From Mizuhopecten yessoensis (taxonomy: Eukaryota), in NCBI RefSeq assembly GCF_002113885.1, contig NW_018408566.1, forward strand, positions 914,983 through 978,982: a DNA stretch of 64,000 nt. Reading direction: 5' to 3'. Positions 13,031 through 27,752 of the stretch are shown piece by piece. The notes under the pieces are model-generated. The model was not told the DNA's origin, searched no databases, and was given only the letters and a program-made list of their open reading frames with translations. The translations under genes and the position numbers were made by a program. Numbering within the stretch: position 1 is the first letter of the stretch; every line of letters starts with the position of its first letter.

Positions 13031-16000
13031 ATATCCATGTGAACTTTTAGAGTTTAGTTCACAGTATTGTTCCTGTGTGATCGTAAGTATATTACCTGTG
13101 AATTAAGATGACATTTCAAGCAAGTGTTATGATTTTTGAGTTAATGTCGGACTAAATTTAGCGACCTATACCATGATTTCGCCCATCTCGATTGCCATAC
13201 CGTTGAGCTGTCGTCTTCCTCGGTCACGGTACAAGACACTCGTTGGTATATTGCATACTGTTGTATAATATGTGTCGCATTCTTACCATACAGACATAGG
13301 ATATTTGTTTTATATTTGTGTTTGCACAATGATACATGTTTAAAAGAAAACACCTGTTCCGCTTCGTACATGTATCTAAAAGCAATTTTTAAGTTTCGAC
13401 AAGTTTAAACCCTACTCTCATAACACATCAATTTTAGATGCCGTCATTATTAAATTGCAGTTTTGCACAAGCAGGTGTCATGATTTGAATACCAAAGGTT
13501 TAAATCTTATTGAAATAGAGAAAAATATACGTTAATGTTTAGCGATGATGAAGTATCTGTATCTTTTACATCTAGGAATAATTATAGATTAATAGTGTTT
13601 GTGTTTACTACTTACTATTCAGTGGTAGCGACGGATGTCTTATCACGCCGATTATTAAAAATTGTCGGTTCTTACTTTGTTATACATATATGCAAATTAT
13701 TTTTTAATTTTTTAAATCTGCTTTTATCAAAAATGTGAAATTAAGATTATTATGTTCCTATTTGAATAACTCATAACAATCTACAGTAAAATGTTTTTAT
13801 GTTTGTTGACATAAGCGATATGGTATCAAATCCGATTACAACTGACTAAGATGGGAGGCTTAACCAAACCAATTTAAAAAACATAAAAAGTTCAGGTGAA
13901 ACTGCATCAGGTGATAACAAGTGTATACATGACGTAGGGATTAATTGTTTATTCCACAAATATCCTTAAAATCACTGGTCATCACATTATTTGTCTTAAG
14001 TTGATCTAGAACACTTAATTTACATTGAAAGGCGCTGCGAGGCATATCAATCCATGGTCGTTTATACTAAACACGTAGAGTTACGGGACTTGATATATGT
14101 TGTGCGGGAAGGGGAACTCGATTTGTAGATTGGTATAATTAGAATGTTGACACTGTCGATGATTCTGATGACATAACAACGTAGGTTATAACGGAGTGAC
14201 ACCGGCCAATCTGCTCTGACGAACGACCGACAGCAGAAATTATGAATATTAACGAGGTTTTAATCAATCAGGATAAAACACACTGAAGAGTAGGTACATA
14301 TCACTAATAATGTAACAAATGGTTAAGGTTGTACTCAACACCATACACATCCTAACCGTGATTTGTACAAGGGTAAAACTCATTGATAAGTTCTATTTGT
14401 TGTTAATATTAGAAGTTCACCTTTAACACGTTAAACATTTACCAAAATTAGTTACCCGCTAAACACGATGATCATAACCACATTATCTCCTAAACATGAT
14501 GATTATAACCAGATTATCTCTTAAACATTATGATATTGTAAACTAATATCCGGCTAACCTTAACTCTCTAGTATAACGACTAAGTAGTACAATCGTCGTA
14601 AAAACATTTTTCTGTTCAATAAATATGACAATATTATTTACATTTCAAACCCATCCTATCCCTTATCCTGACGATATCAATATTTAATTATTTTTTTCAT
14701 TTATCATATAAGGCGTACTTTACCTTTCTTATTATAATGCATCAAACCCGTCATCGGGTATATCGTGTTGGTATCGGTTAAATACCGGAAAATCGTTTCC
14801 TTCATTAAAATTAAGATTATTGTGTAAAAAATGCATTAATTATTTCCAAAGTATTTGGTCTAACTGTTTATGACGTACATTGAGTTAATTTTGCCACGTT
14901 TATGGCTATATCCTAAGTGATTATGCACTGTCCAAACATCAAATACCAAAAAGTTTGCCCTGTATGAACCACACTCAATTAGTGTTCAGTCAACCGACAT
15001 ACCAAATTAGGAAGGCTTTCAATAGACCACATACACATGTATGTGTTAACGTCCAGATTAAGAATGTCTATAGCCTGTATATTTGTGAATGGACAATGAA
15101 ATATGATTGGGGTTATAAATAAAGGCCGAAAGTATATGATTCAGCACATTCATATGAAGTTCTTATATTTTATTGAACATGTACGTATTGCAAAATACCT
15201 TTGATTTCTTCCCTTGACTACAAAGTTCCCATTCGACCCGCCTTTGTCCATGTTAACTCACGTTACAAATGATATACGTATAACAGTGGAGGGGTTGTAC
15301 TAGTTTGGTAAGTTTAACTTGCTTTTGGGTACTGCGATATTCTTAACGTCATCTACATATCCCATTTACCAGCCACCTCCCCATCACACACACACACTTT
15401 CACAGCCAAACAAATGCCCACTCCCTCCTGTATAGTGTCACATACAAACATGTCGTCCGCACTGCCTATAATACAGTTCGTGTGCTATTTGACTTGAACA
15501 GTGGCTTAATTAAAATAGTTGTCTTTCATGTGACATGATGGCTGAACTAAATGATATCGTATACTAGTATGACTATCTGGACAGACGTATATTGTAGGAT
15601 TAAAATGCGTAATCTTAAAATTAATGACGGTCTAAAACCCGATTGCTTACAATCATGATCTATTATATTTGTTAATAGAACTGTTCGTGAACACAATTGA
15701 ATGTATGATTAATTTGTCTTCGATTTGACAACAAAAACGCAAAGGAGACGGTTAATGTTTTATGCTTTTACCAATGTGGCAACAAGACAAAACTGACAAA
15801 AGTGCATCGAAACCAAAGTCAATAGACAAAAAGTTATGTTTTAATAAAATACGAGTCAATTATTAGAAACTAACATNTTGAAAAAATAAATATCATTCCT
15901 TATATTTACATTGACGAATCCTTTCAGTGGATCGATATAACAACGAATAAAACAAATAAACAGGGTTTGTTCCTGCTTATACACGGGTGCAACGCAGTGG

Positions 16001-16804
16001 CGAGAACAGTGTTTTTTCGCGGGGAAATGTGACACTATCGTGAGAGATCTTAGCAACCGTCAACAACAATAACACAACAAAATGTAGTTCCATATTCAAT
16101 GTTTATTTGTAGCACAGGACACGTGAATACGTGGATATTTCACAAAGCACAGTTCAATAATATTTTAAGATGTAAGAATTAAGCATCTAGGTCGGTCGTT
16201 CCGAGTGAGTAGTTTTTGTAGTGTATTACTACGCAGTGTGATCAGGTTACTATCAGTTCCCACGTGCTGAGATTCTATGAACACCTGTGTTATGCATTTA
16301 TGAATGTAATTTTTGTCAATGGGTCTAAGCATACAGAATGTAAATATTCATACGTTAACAATGTGTACAGAAATGATCTTAATTTAATTCGATAGAGACG
16401 TTAAAGTTAACAAAAATTAAATTACAACTTTTTACAGAATAGACAGCGAATCTGGATGTTAACGACGTTCATAGAATTATATCAGAGAGGAAGGTAGGGA
16501 TGATTAAACTCAACTAGTTAACGATAAGCTGGTGATTTACGGATTCCTCACTGGTTCAAATATTTCTGTATCGTTATTTGTATCTATTTGGTCTCTGTTC
16601 GTTCCTCAGCCTGAAACTACCATGTTTTTTTCTGGTACAGCCAGTACGAACTATAAGCCTTCATTAAGTCTGTAAGATCCATTACTACAGTCCCAGCACT
16701 CAGGTTTCAGCCTTTAGTCAGGTGAATATTAATTATAACATTAAATCACAACTTTTGCAAGTTTCCCATTCGTTTGGGCCATTACATCATGTCAGTTAGC
16801 AAAG

Positions 16805-17041
16805 GTGTCAGTGAAAACAGGTGACGGTAACAACGTTGCATCGCACAGCGAACTTTCGCAGTTATAATCTATATCCGAATCGAATGGACCAAAATACAAT
16901 CATCATGTACGTGTAATTTACTATCAGTGTCAGTGAAAAGAGGTGACAGTAACAACATGCATCGCACAGCGAACTTTCGCAGTTATAATCTATATCCGAA
17001 TCAAATAGACCAAAATACAATCATCATGTATGTGTAATTTA
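16805..17041. repeat. 122-bp tandem duplication
   Basis: gtgtcagtgaaaa(c/g)aggtgac...catcatgta(c/t)gtgtaattta at 16805 and 16927. Confidence 0.9.
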
Positions 17042-17859
17042 GTATTGATAAACCAGCATTTTTGACGAGGTTTGCAGTACTCAGAGCTTGGTTAGCGCAT
17101 GCGTTGTTGCGATGACGACGTTTGAAAGGTTGTCTGTGTTACTGCAGTGTTATTGACGGATCAGAAACTCGGCCCTCTTTATAGCAATGTGTTCCTCGTT
17201 TTGGAGAAGGCTTATAAATAAATAACCACAACATACTTCAACTGATTTGCTGCAGTAAACAATTAAGTGTTTTAACATCTTAGTTAACAGGTCCTTGTTT
17301 CATATTTTTTACCAATAGTACGAACGAAACGATGTTTCTGCTGTCGGCGCCAGCCCCATAACAATGCACAAGGAACAAATACATTTCTGTTTAATGTTGA
17401 TTTCTACAAGTAATTATATCCAGATCAATTGCAAAGGTTTAGGGACTAGTTATGTTAAATTGTAATTCATATTATACATTTCAAAAAGGATCACTTAATA
17501 GGAGAGGTAAAGGTACATTATCAAATATTGGTCAGGGTTTACGATTCAAACTTAGATACTAAAACAAACAAATGGAATATCGTTGGAAACTTCCTGTAGC
17601 GTTTTATCCTCGCCAGTGTTACATATGCCAGTTATGTTACAACCACACTGGAATGTTGGGAACTAGAAAACAGTAAGATGCTGTTTGAGGTATATACATC
17701 CATTCTTACAGCTCATACACATAACTTATCAAATAGTTCAATAACATTTCTGTGGAACTTCAATCGTTGTGTAAAGCAAGCAGGCCAGCTTAATAATATA
17801 TCAATGAGTGTCCGAATATAATAGTAGCAACTTCAAACTTTGCTGACTGTAACCAGAGC

Positions 17860-18250
17860 AGGGAAACAAATCTCACATAAAGGTCAAAACTAATCCAAAC
17901 AAAGACAGGCAAACAAGTCTCATAAAAAACAAAACAGAGAGCAAGTCCCACAAACAGGTCAAAGCTAATCCAAATAAAGATAGGCAAACAAGTCCCACAC
18001 ACACGTCAAAATTAGAGCAAATAAAGATAGGCAAACAAGTCCCACACACACGTCAAAACTAATTTAAACAAAGATGGGCAAACAAAAACAAACAAAGAAA
18101 GACATTGAAGACTTTCGAACAAGGAAAAGTCATTCAAAGCAAGGACAATCCAAACAGTTTCTCAAACAAAACAAATCTAATCACAGCAAGAACGGTCCAA
18201 CAAATCTCACAAGCTTATCAAAGTTAATAACAAACACACAAGTCTTACAA
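17860..18250. repeat. A-rich degenerate tandem repeat
   Basis: Recurrent ggcaaacaagtcccacacacacgtcaaaa and aaggtcaaaactaatccaaac variants. Confidence 0.65.
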
Positions 18251-21200
18251 AGTCAAGCACGGCGTATATTAAAAGGGTTAAAATATAGACATATTCGTAA
18301 AGAGAGATTCATTTTATTTATATCTGAAAATGTACCAGCAATTCAGACGTAGTGACAGCCATATTGAATTATCATTCCCTACACCCATTTATACGTTGTA
18401 TATCTCTATATACTACTCACCATTCACGTGACTGAACCAGCAGACAACACGCGGATATAATTACAACAAAAAATAAAGATAATAAGCAACGATATAACAG
18501 TTAAGTTAAATATGTATAAACAAAAGGGAAATTACAGGAAGAGAGGAGATACAAAGGGACATAATCCAGAACGTTTTCTTTCTTTCCTGCACCACATGTG
18601 GTACCTGTCACTATTTTAACCCGAACGTACTAAAATTCTTGAGTTGAAATAAAAAGAATAAGACGTTAGTAAAAGAAATCAAAGTAGCAAGTCATAGGTG
18701 TCATTCGATATTGTATTACTCTACAATGGCGACAAGAGTCTTGTTGAGGTATTAACAGCGATTTATGAACATGGTTCCTTAGTGCTCTTTGTAAAATTAT
18801 ACCGGTCGTACAGCAGATTATTTTACCAATCATACTAACTAGAAACAATAGTTAAGGTACAGTCATGCAGGCTGATGGTTCGTCATGAAACTGTTTTAGC
18901 GTACTTCACTCTATAAATCAGATAGGATATATATATATATGGTGCACAAATCGCATCAGCTTTGTAACTAATCACACTCATATCAGTGTGAATTCTCAAG
19001 GCTTTTGTCACCTTATGTCACGAATACATGTCGACAGGCTATACTGACAGTGCTAATACGCATAACACCAGACAGAGTATAACATTCTAGTAGATTTACT
19101 TGTTATTGTCTCCAGTTGGTATGTTATGCTGTTCATCATGGTCATTATAAGGAAAATGGTGACAACGTAAAACATAATAATGGGTAATCAGGTTCAACAT
19201 ACAGACACATCCTGTGATACAATTTATGTTTGTTAAAGCTACAATCTACATTTCATGTTTACAGTTCGTTGTTAAGCTATTTTACAGAAGTATGAAAGAA
19301 ATTGGTTCCAAAACATGAATTCAATGAGATCACTTATACTTTAATATTTACTTATAGTACGACAGGTATGGCCAAATTGGCTTAACTCTGATGACCATTA
19401 ACTTTTCCTCGATACTAACACACCTGTTCCACTTTCATAAGAAGTTGACATGATAGACTTGAGTCAGTACATCACATCATGCTGTTCGTGCTGAATGCGC
19501 TCTATTGACCAACAAACTACATAGGTGAGATTTCCTTGGATCATTCTGTATACGTTGATATACTCTTATGGTCTAATGACCTGCTATCTATGTCGATACC
19601 CACCACGATGTGAAACTTGGTCACTATACCTTAGACCGTTTGGGACCTATGTACTCCCCTAAATATGAGGCAGATAGCAAATGAGTCTGCAAAAACATTT
19701 AACCTTTAGCGACCAGTGGTGTGATTGTTTTTTTCTGCGGGGTCATGTCTTCCTGGTTTGATTCTGTTACCCTTTATGCCTCCAGTCAGCAACAGAGTAT
19801 GGGGTTATCGTCGGTATAGTTAGCCTGGGGTTTTACTACTTTAGCTGCAAACTACTCGTGTTGAGTTCACAATATCTTTTTCAGACATACGAACCTGATC
19901 ATTTATATTGATAGTCAGATAATCAGTACAAGCTAGCGTGTTTTATAATAAATAAACAGTTCAGACGCCAATACAAATACTAATTAAAACGGTTTGTTTT
20001 CACGGTAAACTAAATGATATTGAGGGGATTTTAATACAGAATAATACTTTTTTGGGGGTTCAAAATAATATAAACAAAATATAACCTTGTTGAGTGCCTT
20101 GTTTTTTCCAATACTTTCTAAACCTTACATAACTGAATGTTTATTTCGTTTGATAAATTTAACAGTTTATAATACTGTGTGCTATGGAATATATCCGAGT
20201 CATTGTAAAATGATATTTTATGGAATAACTGTCACACTTCGACTTCACCGTTTCGGTATAGGTCCTGCATACCTAATGTAATGTACTAGAATCCTAGTGT
20301 TGGAAATGTTCTAATCGGCGTCAAACTAGTTTTGCAATTAAAACGGGATTTTAAGCTTACATTAGAAAGCGGTAGATGACCCTTTTGACGTTTTCAATAA
20401 AGTTTTCCTATTAAACCACGGACTTTCCTTCTATAGACTACAGCGACAAAACTAGTAGCTGGCCCTTTCAATTCCCTCAGACCCGCACTGTTTTTATTGA
20501 GCAGCGACAAAGACATAAAGATATCGACATCCTATTGTCATTAGATCTGGTACGCCTATTACTGTTTCGATTTTTTCGTTTGTTTCTCATTTCTTAATTG
20601 ATTTATAGATTGGTTGCATATGTAAAATTCTTATATCAACGTGTTCTTATTCTACACCATATCGTTCGCGTTTTGTTAAAGATACGTTATTAAGTACCAC
20701 TACTTTATATACATGTAGTCAAGTGTTAATATCCAGTAGAAACATTTTATGTTTTTAATTTCCATCTTTTCTCATATTTGTATTAATTTTATGCCACGCC
20801 TACCTGTAATGGTCATATCTAGTGGCGATCTAACACACGAAATACGATTCGTTAAATAAAACACCATGGACGGGTGTTAAATGCTTTCAAAATGTATTCC
20901 CAAGATGGTGATATTTCAACAGCGCATCTGTGTTGGAAATACTATCTTTGACATGTGCATATTTAATTCATAACACAGTTATTAATTGGAGTGTTAACTG
21001 TACATGGAAGAGGTCGAGCATAGACCTGTATGTCACAATTGATTACTGGTTTGATCATGGATAAAACTTCCTAACTCCCCGGGTCTGTGGGTTAACCTGT
21101 CCGGCCGTAGAATCGCTCAGGTCACGTGACATTTTATTGGCTAGTTAAATGAAGCTGTTAACTTCTGCACGCCATCAACGTCCATCAGTTACACACAACA

Positions 21201-21404
21201 AAAGAGCAGTGATTAAGTTATAAGCCTGGACAGCGATCTTTGTTATCCGTGATACGACTGATAAAACATTAACTATACCTTTATCGATTATAACTGACAT
21301 AATCACATGGAAGCTAGGTCGGTTTCCACCTTTACAATGCAATAACTATGAATACATTAATACAGAAACTATGTAGGTTGAAATATATGCCTGATTGTAT
21401 CGAC

Positions 21405-22055
21405 ATGTCTACATTGTTATACAGTGTTATGCGTTATCGAGAGATGTACATTGTAATACAATATATAACTATATAGATAAGTTTGCATTGTAATACAATA
21501 TATTACTGTATCGACAGGTGTACATTGTAATACAATATATTACTGTATCGACAGGTGTTCATTGAAATACAATAGTAATATAACGACAGGTATACATTGT
21601 AATACAATATATTACTGTATCGACAGGTGTTCATTGAAATACAATATTAATATAACGACAGGTATACATTGTAATACAAAATATTACTGTATCGACAGGT
21701 GTACATTGTAATACAATATATTACTGTATCGACAGGTGTTCATTGAAATACAATATTAATATAACGCCTGGTGTACATTGTAATACAATATATTAATATA
21801 ACGACTGGTGTACTTTGTAATACAATATTTTACCAAACGACAGGTGTACATTGTAATACAATATACAACAGTATAGATAAGCGTGCATTGTAATAAAAGA
21901 TGTTACTGTATCGATAAGTATACATTGTAGTACAATATATAACTGTATCGATACGTGTGGTGCAAGGTAATACAAAATTATTATTGTATCGACAGGTTTG
22001 CGTTTTAATACAATGCATCTTTGTATCGACAGGTGAACAATGGAATAAAATATAA
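21405..22055. repeat. 37-bp minisatellite, ~17 copies
   Basis: gtacattgtaatacaatatattactgtatcgacaggt. Confidence 0.9.
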
Positions 22056-23364
22056 AACTTTATGGACACTGTTGAGACATTTAACCTTTTGTACCAAACC
22101 AAATCATTATTGAGTATGGTTAAAATCCAGTCATTCTATAACAATGTACACCTGACAATAAAGTAACATATTACAATTTCTACACAGCCTCAATGTCACG
22201 ACACCAATACACAAAGAAATATGCGTGTACATGCATTATTTTTCAATACGCCATACTTTCAAAAGTTCACACGTTTTAATATGTAAAAGATTATCGTGTG
22301 TGACTTGTCTTTGGGTTTGCCAAGGCTGTCAGAGTTAATTATATTTCAAACAGTTTTGATATACCCGACTTTCATAATCCACAATAATATACATATTTGA
22401 CGTTTTTTAAAAAAGGAGTCTTTACCCCTGCTTACATTGGAAGATAGTTCTACCCCAGGGTTTGACGATTTGTATACCAAATATGTTCAATATCTTACAT
22501 GCCTATTTTTTAAATAAATCACAACAATTAGGCTTTTATCAAGTTTGGACGTTGGCTTTTTAAACCCAGCATCTGCTCTGACAGCATTTGTTTGGTGTTT
22601 TGTACTAGGAAACTGCACACTGTGGCATTTGAAATTCTCGTATTTTACATTAATATCATTATGCCTTGACAAGTTCCACCACCGCCCTTTCTCGGCTGAT
22701 CTGTACAATTTAACATCACAACATGAGTTATTCTTATCGTTTCATTTTTAAACGTTAGGTTAAACGAAAGAGATTCCATAAACTGCTTGTTGCTGTTTTC
22801 TGAGATTGACACAGGACACATGGTCATTTATTGGAGGACGTTGTACTTGGTCTACTGCTGCTGTCGAGTACAATGGTACGGTGGGCTAACTCTATAGTAC
22901 GTTACACATACTTTAGCCTAAATGGTCATTTATAAGTTAAAGAAGCTATCAGTTAACATTACACACCCATACAACTCTCATACATCGTATCCGTGTGTTG
23001 GGCATTAGAATATATCAGCAATTATTTATAATCTAATGAATACACCTTACGTGAGATTTAGTCCATACACGTCCTTACACACTGTTGGATCCAAAGGACG
23101 AATGAAAAGGGTATAACTGAGTTGTAAAAATATACCAAAGACATGGTGATCATCACTGAAATGAAAATTGATTTCAAATGCAAGAAAAACTTCAAGATTT
23201 ACGTCTAAAGTTAACTTGTATTTTATACACACAGGGAGGACATTATGCATATTAGGCCATTTAAGGTAGACGTGGCCTGCTTTTATAAACGAATGTATAA
23301 TAAACCCTTTAAGGGTACCACCTCGAACGTTTCAAGGACGTCAATACATGTGGACATTATATAT

Positions 23365-23602
23365 TAAAAATAAAACTTTACCACAATAATTATGAAACAA
23401 GTTATTTCAACTTATATTTATCACTCCTGTTGGCCCGGATGCTAGCGCGCGGGGGTCTTAATGTGGGAGGAAACCGGAGTACCCGGAGAAAATCCACGTG
23501 TTCGGGCAGGTAACCCAAACCTTTCTACGTCCGATCGGGAAATCAAACCCCGGCCGCCTTGGTAAAAGGCAAGTTCGGTATCCACTGCACCACCCAATCA
23601 CC
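23365..23602 (-). mobile_element. tRNA-derived SINE, V-SINE-like
   Basis: Minus strand: A-box-like ggtggtgcagtgg head, V-domain core gtggattttctccgggtactccggtttcctcccaca, AT-rich tail; homologous to the copy at 36584. Confidence 0.82.
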
Positions 23603-23774
23603 CTGGGCTTTATTAATGAAATGCCAATACAATTAATGTATGGATATTTCACAACAACAATCAAAACAAAGTAACTGCATTTTTCAATGACATATCCGAT
23701 GTTATTTTCTTTCTCGTAAAATCCAAAGCTTTTAAACTGTATTGCTACGAATTGAAGACAATGCTTTCGGTCCA

Positions 23775-26700
23775 CAATGTATGATACCACACCTCCCACC
23801 ATAGATCTTAACATCATTCCGTGTTATAAGATTGTATATGATACTACAACTCTCATAGATCTTAACATCATTCAGTGTTATAAGATTGTATATGATACTA
23901 CAATTCTCAAGGATCTTAACATCTTTCCATGTCATAAGATTGTGTATGATACTACAACTCCCATGTAGATCTTAACATCATTCCGTGTTATAAGATTGTG
24001 TATGATACTACAACTCCCATAGATCTTACCATCATTCCGTGTTATAAGATGGTATATGATACTACAACTCTCATATGTCTTAACATCATTCCGTGTTAAA
24101 AGATTGTGTATGATACCACAACTCCCATAGATCTTAACATCATTCCGTGTTTTAAGATTGTATATGATACTACAATTCACAAGGATCTTAACATCTTTCC
24201 ATGTTATAAGATTGTGTATGATCCTACAACTCCCATAGATCTTACCATCATTCCGTGTTATAAGATTGTGATACTACAATTCTCAAGGATCTTAACATCT
24301 TTAACTGTCATAAGATTGTGCATGATACTACAACTCCCATGTATATCTTAACATCATTCCGTGTTTTAAGATTGTATATGATACTACATCTCTCATAGAT
24401 CTTAACATCATTTCGTGTCATAAGATTTATATGATACTACAACTCCCATAGATCTTAACATTATTCCGTGTTATAAGATTGTATAAGATACTACAACTCT
24501 CATAGATCTTAGCATCATTCAGTGTTATAAGATTGTATATGATTCTACAACGCTCATATATCTTAACATCATTCCTTGTTATAAGATTGTATATGATTCT
24601 ACAACTCTCATAGATCTTAATATCATTCCGTGTTATAAGATTGTGTTTGATACTACAACTCCCATGTATATCTTAACATCATTCCGTGTTTTAAGATTGT
24701 ATATGATACTACAATTCTCAAGGATCCTAACATCTTTCCATGTCATAAGGTTGTGTATGATACTACAACTCTCATATGTCTTAACATCATTCCGTGTTAT
24801 CAGATTGTATATGATACTACAATTCTCAAGGATCTTAATATCTTTCCATGTCATAAGATTGGGTATGATACTACAACTCCCATAGACCTTAACATCATTC
24901 CGTGTTATAAGATGGTATATGATACTACAACTCTCATAGATCTTAGCATCATTCAGTGTTATAAGATTGTATATGATTCTACAACTCTCATAGATCTTAG
25001 CATCATTCAGTGTTATAAGATTGTATATGACACTACAACTCTCATATATCTTAACAACATTCCGTGTTATAAGATTGTGATACTACAATTCTCAAGGATC
25101 TTACCATCTTTCCATGTCATAAGATTGTGTGTGATACTACAACTCCCATGTATATCTTAACATCATTCCGTGTTATCAGATTGTATATGATACTACAACT
25201 CTTATATATTTTAACATCATTCCGTGTTATACGATTGATTGTGTATGATACCACAACTCTCATAGATCTTAACATCATTTCGTGTTATAAGATTTATATG
25301 ATACTACAACTCCCATGTAGATCTTAACATCATTCCGTGTTATAAGATTGTATATGATACTACAACTCTCATATATCTTAACATCATTAAGTGTTATAAG
25401 ATTGTATATGATACTACAACTCCCTTAGATCTTAACATCATTCCGTGTTATAAGATTGTATATGATACTTCAACTCTCATATATCTTAACATCATTCCGT
25501 GTAATAAGATTGTATATGATACTACAACTCCCATAGATCTTAACACCATTCCGTGTTATAAGATTGTATATGATACTTCAACTCTCATATATCTTAACAT
25601 CATTCCGTGTAATAAGATTGTATATGATACTACAACTCCCAAAGATCTTAACATCATTCCGTGTTATAAGATTGTGTATGATACTACAACTCATATAGAT
25701 CTTAACATCATTCCTTGTTATAAGATTGTATATGATACTACAACTCTCATATATCTTAACATAATTCCGTGTTATAAGATTGTATATGATACTACAACTC
25801 CCACCAAATATCTTAACATCATTCCGTGTTATAAGATTGTGTATGATACTACAACTCTCATATATCTTAACATAATTCCGTGTTATAAGATTGTATATGA
25901 TACTACAACTCTCATATATCTTAACATCATTAAGTGTTATAAGATTGTATATGATACTACAACTCCCACCAAATATCTTAACATCATTCCGTGTTATAAG
26001 ATTATGTATGATACTACAACTCTCATATATCTTAACATAATTCCATGTTATAAGATTGTGTATGATACTACAAATCTCATAGATCTAAACATCATTCCGT
26101 GTTATAAGATTGTATATGATACCACAGCTCTCATAGATCTTAACATCATTTCGTGTTATAAGATTTATATGATACTACAACTCTCATATATCTTAACATC
26201 ATTCAGTGTTATAAGATTGTATATGATACTACAACTCCTATAGATCTTAACATCATTCCTTGTTATAAGATTGTATATGATACTACAACTCCCACCAAAT
26301 ATCTTAACATCATTCCGTGTTATAAGATTATGTATGATACTACAACTCTCATATATCTTAACATCATTCCGTGTAATAAGATTGTATATGATACTACAAC
26401 TCCCATATATCTTAACATCATTCCGTGTTATAAGATTATGTATGATACTACAACTCTCATATATCTTAACATCATTCCGTGTTATACGATTGATTGTGTA
26501 TGATACCACAACTCTCATAGATCTTAACATCATTCCATGTTATAAGATTTATATGATACTACAACTCTCATATATCTTAACATAATTCCATGTTATAAGA
26601 TTGTGTATGATACTACAACTCTCATAGATCTTAACATCATTCAGTGTTATAAGATTGTGTATGATACTACAACTCATATAGATCTTAACATCATTCCTTG

Positions 26701-26985
26701 TTATAAGATTGTATATGATACTACAACTCTCATATATCTTAACATCATTCCATGTTATAAGATTGTGTATGATACTACAACTCTCATAGATCTAAACATC
26801 ATTCCGTGTTATAAGATTGTATATGATACTACAACTCTCATAGATCTTAACATCATTCCGTGTTATACGATTGATTGTGTATGATACCACAACTCCCATA
26901 GATCTTAACATCATTCCGTGTTATAAGATTGTATATGATACCACAACTCTCATAGATCTTAACATCATTCCGTATTATAAGATTG
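23775..26985. repeat. 54-bp minisatellite, ~59 copies (3.2 kb)
   Basis: gatactacaactctcatagatcttaacatcattccgtgttataagattgtatat; explains all YDTTT/MILQL ORFs in the track. Confidence 0.97.
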
Positions 26986-27624
26986 GTAACAATGATTATT
27001 GCTATTTCCTTTTTATTTACGACAGTGTTTTCAATAAAAGCTTTTCGCTCATAATACTTAAGACCAATTTTAATTATTATTTATTACCATTTGATGCTAT
27101 TTGAAATGTTTCAGTTTCTCGACGCTGAAGATAACAAATACGTTTTCATATACATTTCTATCGCATAGAATAACATCGCTCTATCTGACATTGTTGGCAT
27201 ATCCTAATGCATGGCCTAATTTACACAGTGCAGGTGTGTCTTGCAGCTTTATTGAGTGTACATTAATGAAATTGACCTGATTAGAGGGATATCTAGCATA
27301 CCTATCCCCGAAATGAAATGTGAAATAACATAATAAATATACATTTTTTTTTATTTATTTCTGCTGAAGCATACCACAGAACATCGCAGAGGAATGCTTA
27401 CACAATGACCCACCGCTGAGGAATGAGACGTTATTTAGTATTCGCTCCTGTTTTATATCAAATAAAGGATGGATCTGTTTATACTCACAGGGAAACCATA
27501 TTTCGACTCTATGATTCATATTAACTTATCTAAATTGTTTCCTGTTGTTCTTAAAATGAATTGGAAATAAATCCATTCTGCCCCAAAACGACAAGTTATC
27601 TGATTCAGCGCAACAATGATTGAG

Positions 27625-27752
27625 TGACGTCAATCTTTAGAATTGTTCATTACACATCTACCGTTAAGTTAGATACATTTTCAACCTCAGCGAGGCTCAT
27701 TATCTATAAACCTTATAAAGCACGTGAGCAACATGTTTTGATTGTGACGTCA
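27625..27752. promoter_or_regulatory. Paired full CRE sites with an E-box
   Basis: TGACGTCA at 27625 and 27745; CACGTG at 27721. Confidence 0.4.

Noticed and set aside
13094-13371. Possible alternative coding first exon ending at CAG|GTAATA
   Set aside because: In-frame TAA at 13143-13141 with no Met between it and the donor.
14722-14806. MKETIF...NKK ORF ending at an AAG|GTAAAG donor
   Set aside because: Phase 1, incompatible with the phase-0 acceptor at 11960.
17094-17120. NRF1-like gcgcatgcg and X-box-like gttgcgatgacgac as an internal promoter
   Set aside because: Imperfect matches with no supporting exon or donor identified.
23732-27104. Many ORFs up to 189 aa (YDTTTLIDLNIIPCYKIV repeats); superficial CRISPR-like regularity
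   Set aside because: Translations of a 54-bp tandem array; there are no unique spacers or cas genes and the context is a eukaryotic intron.
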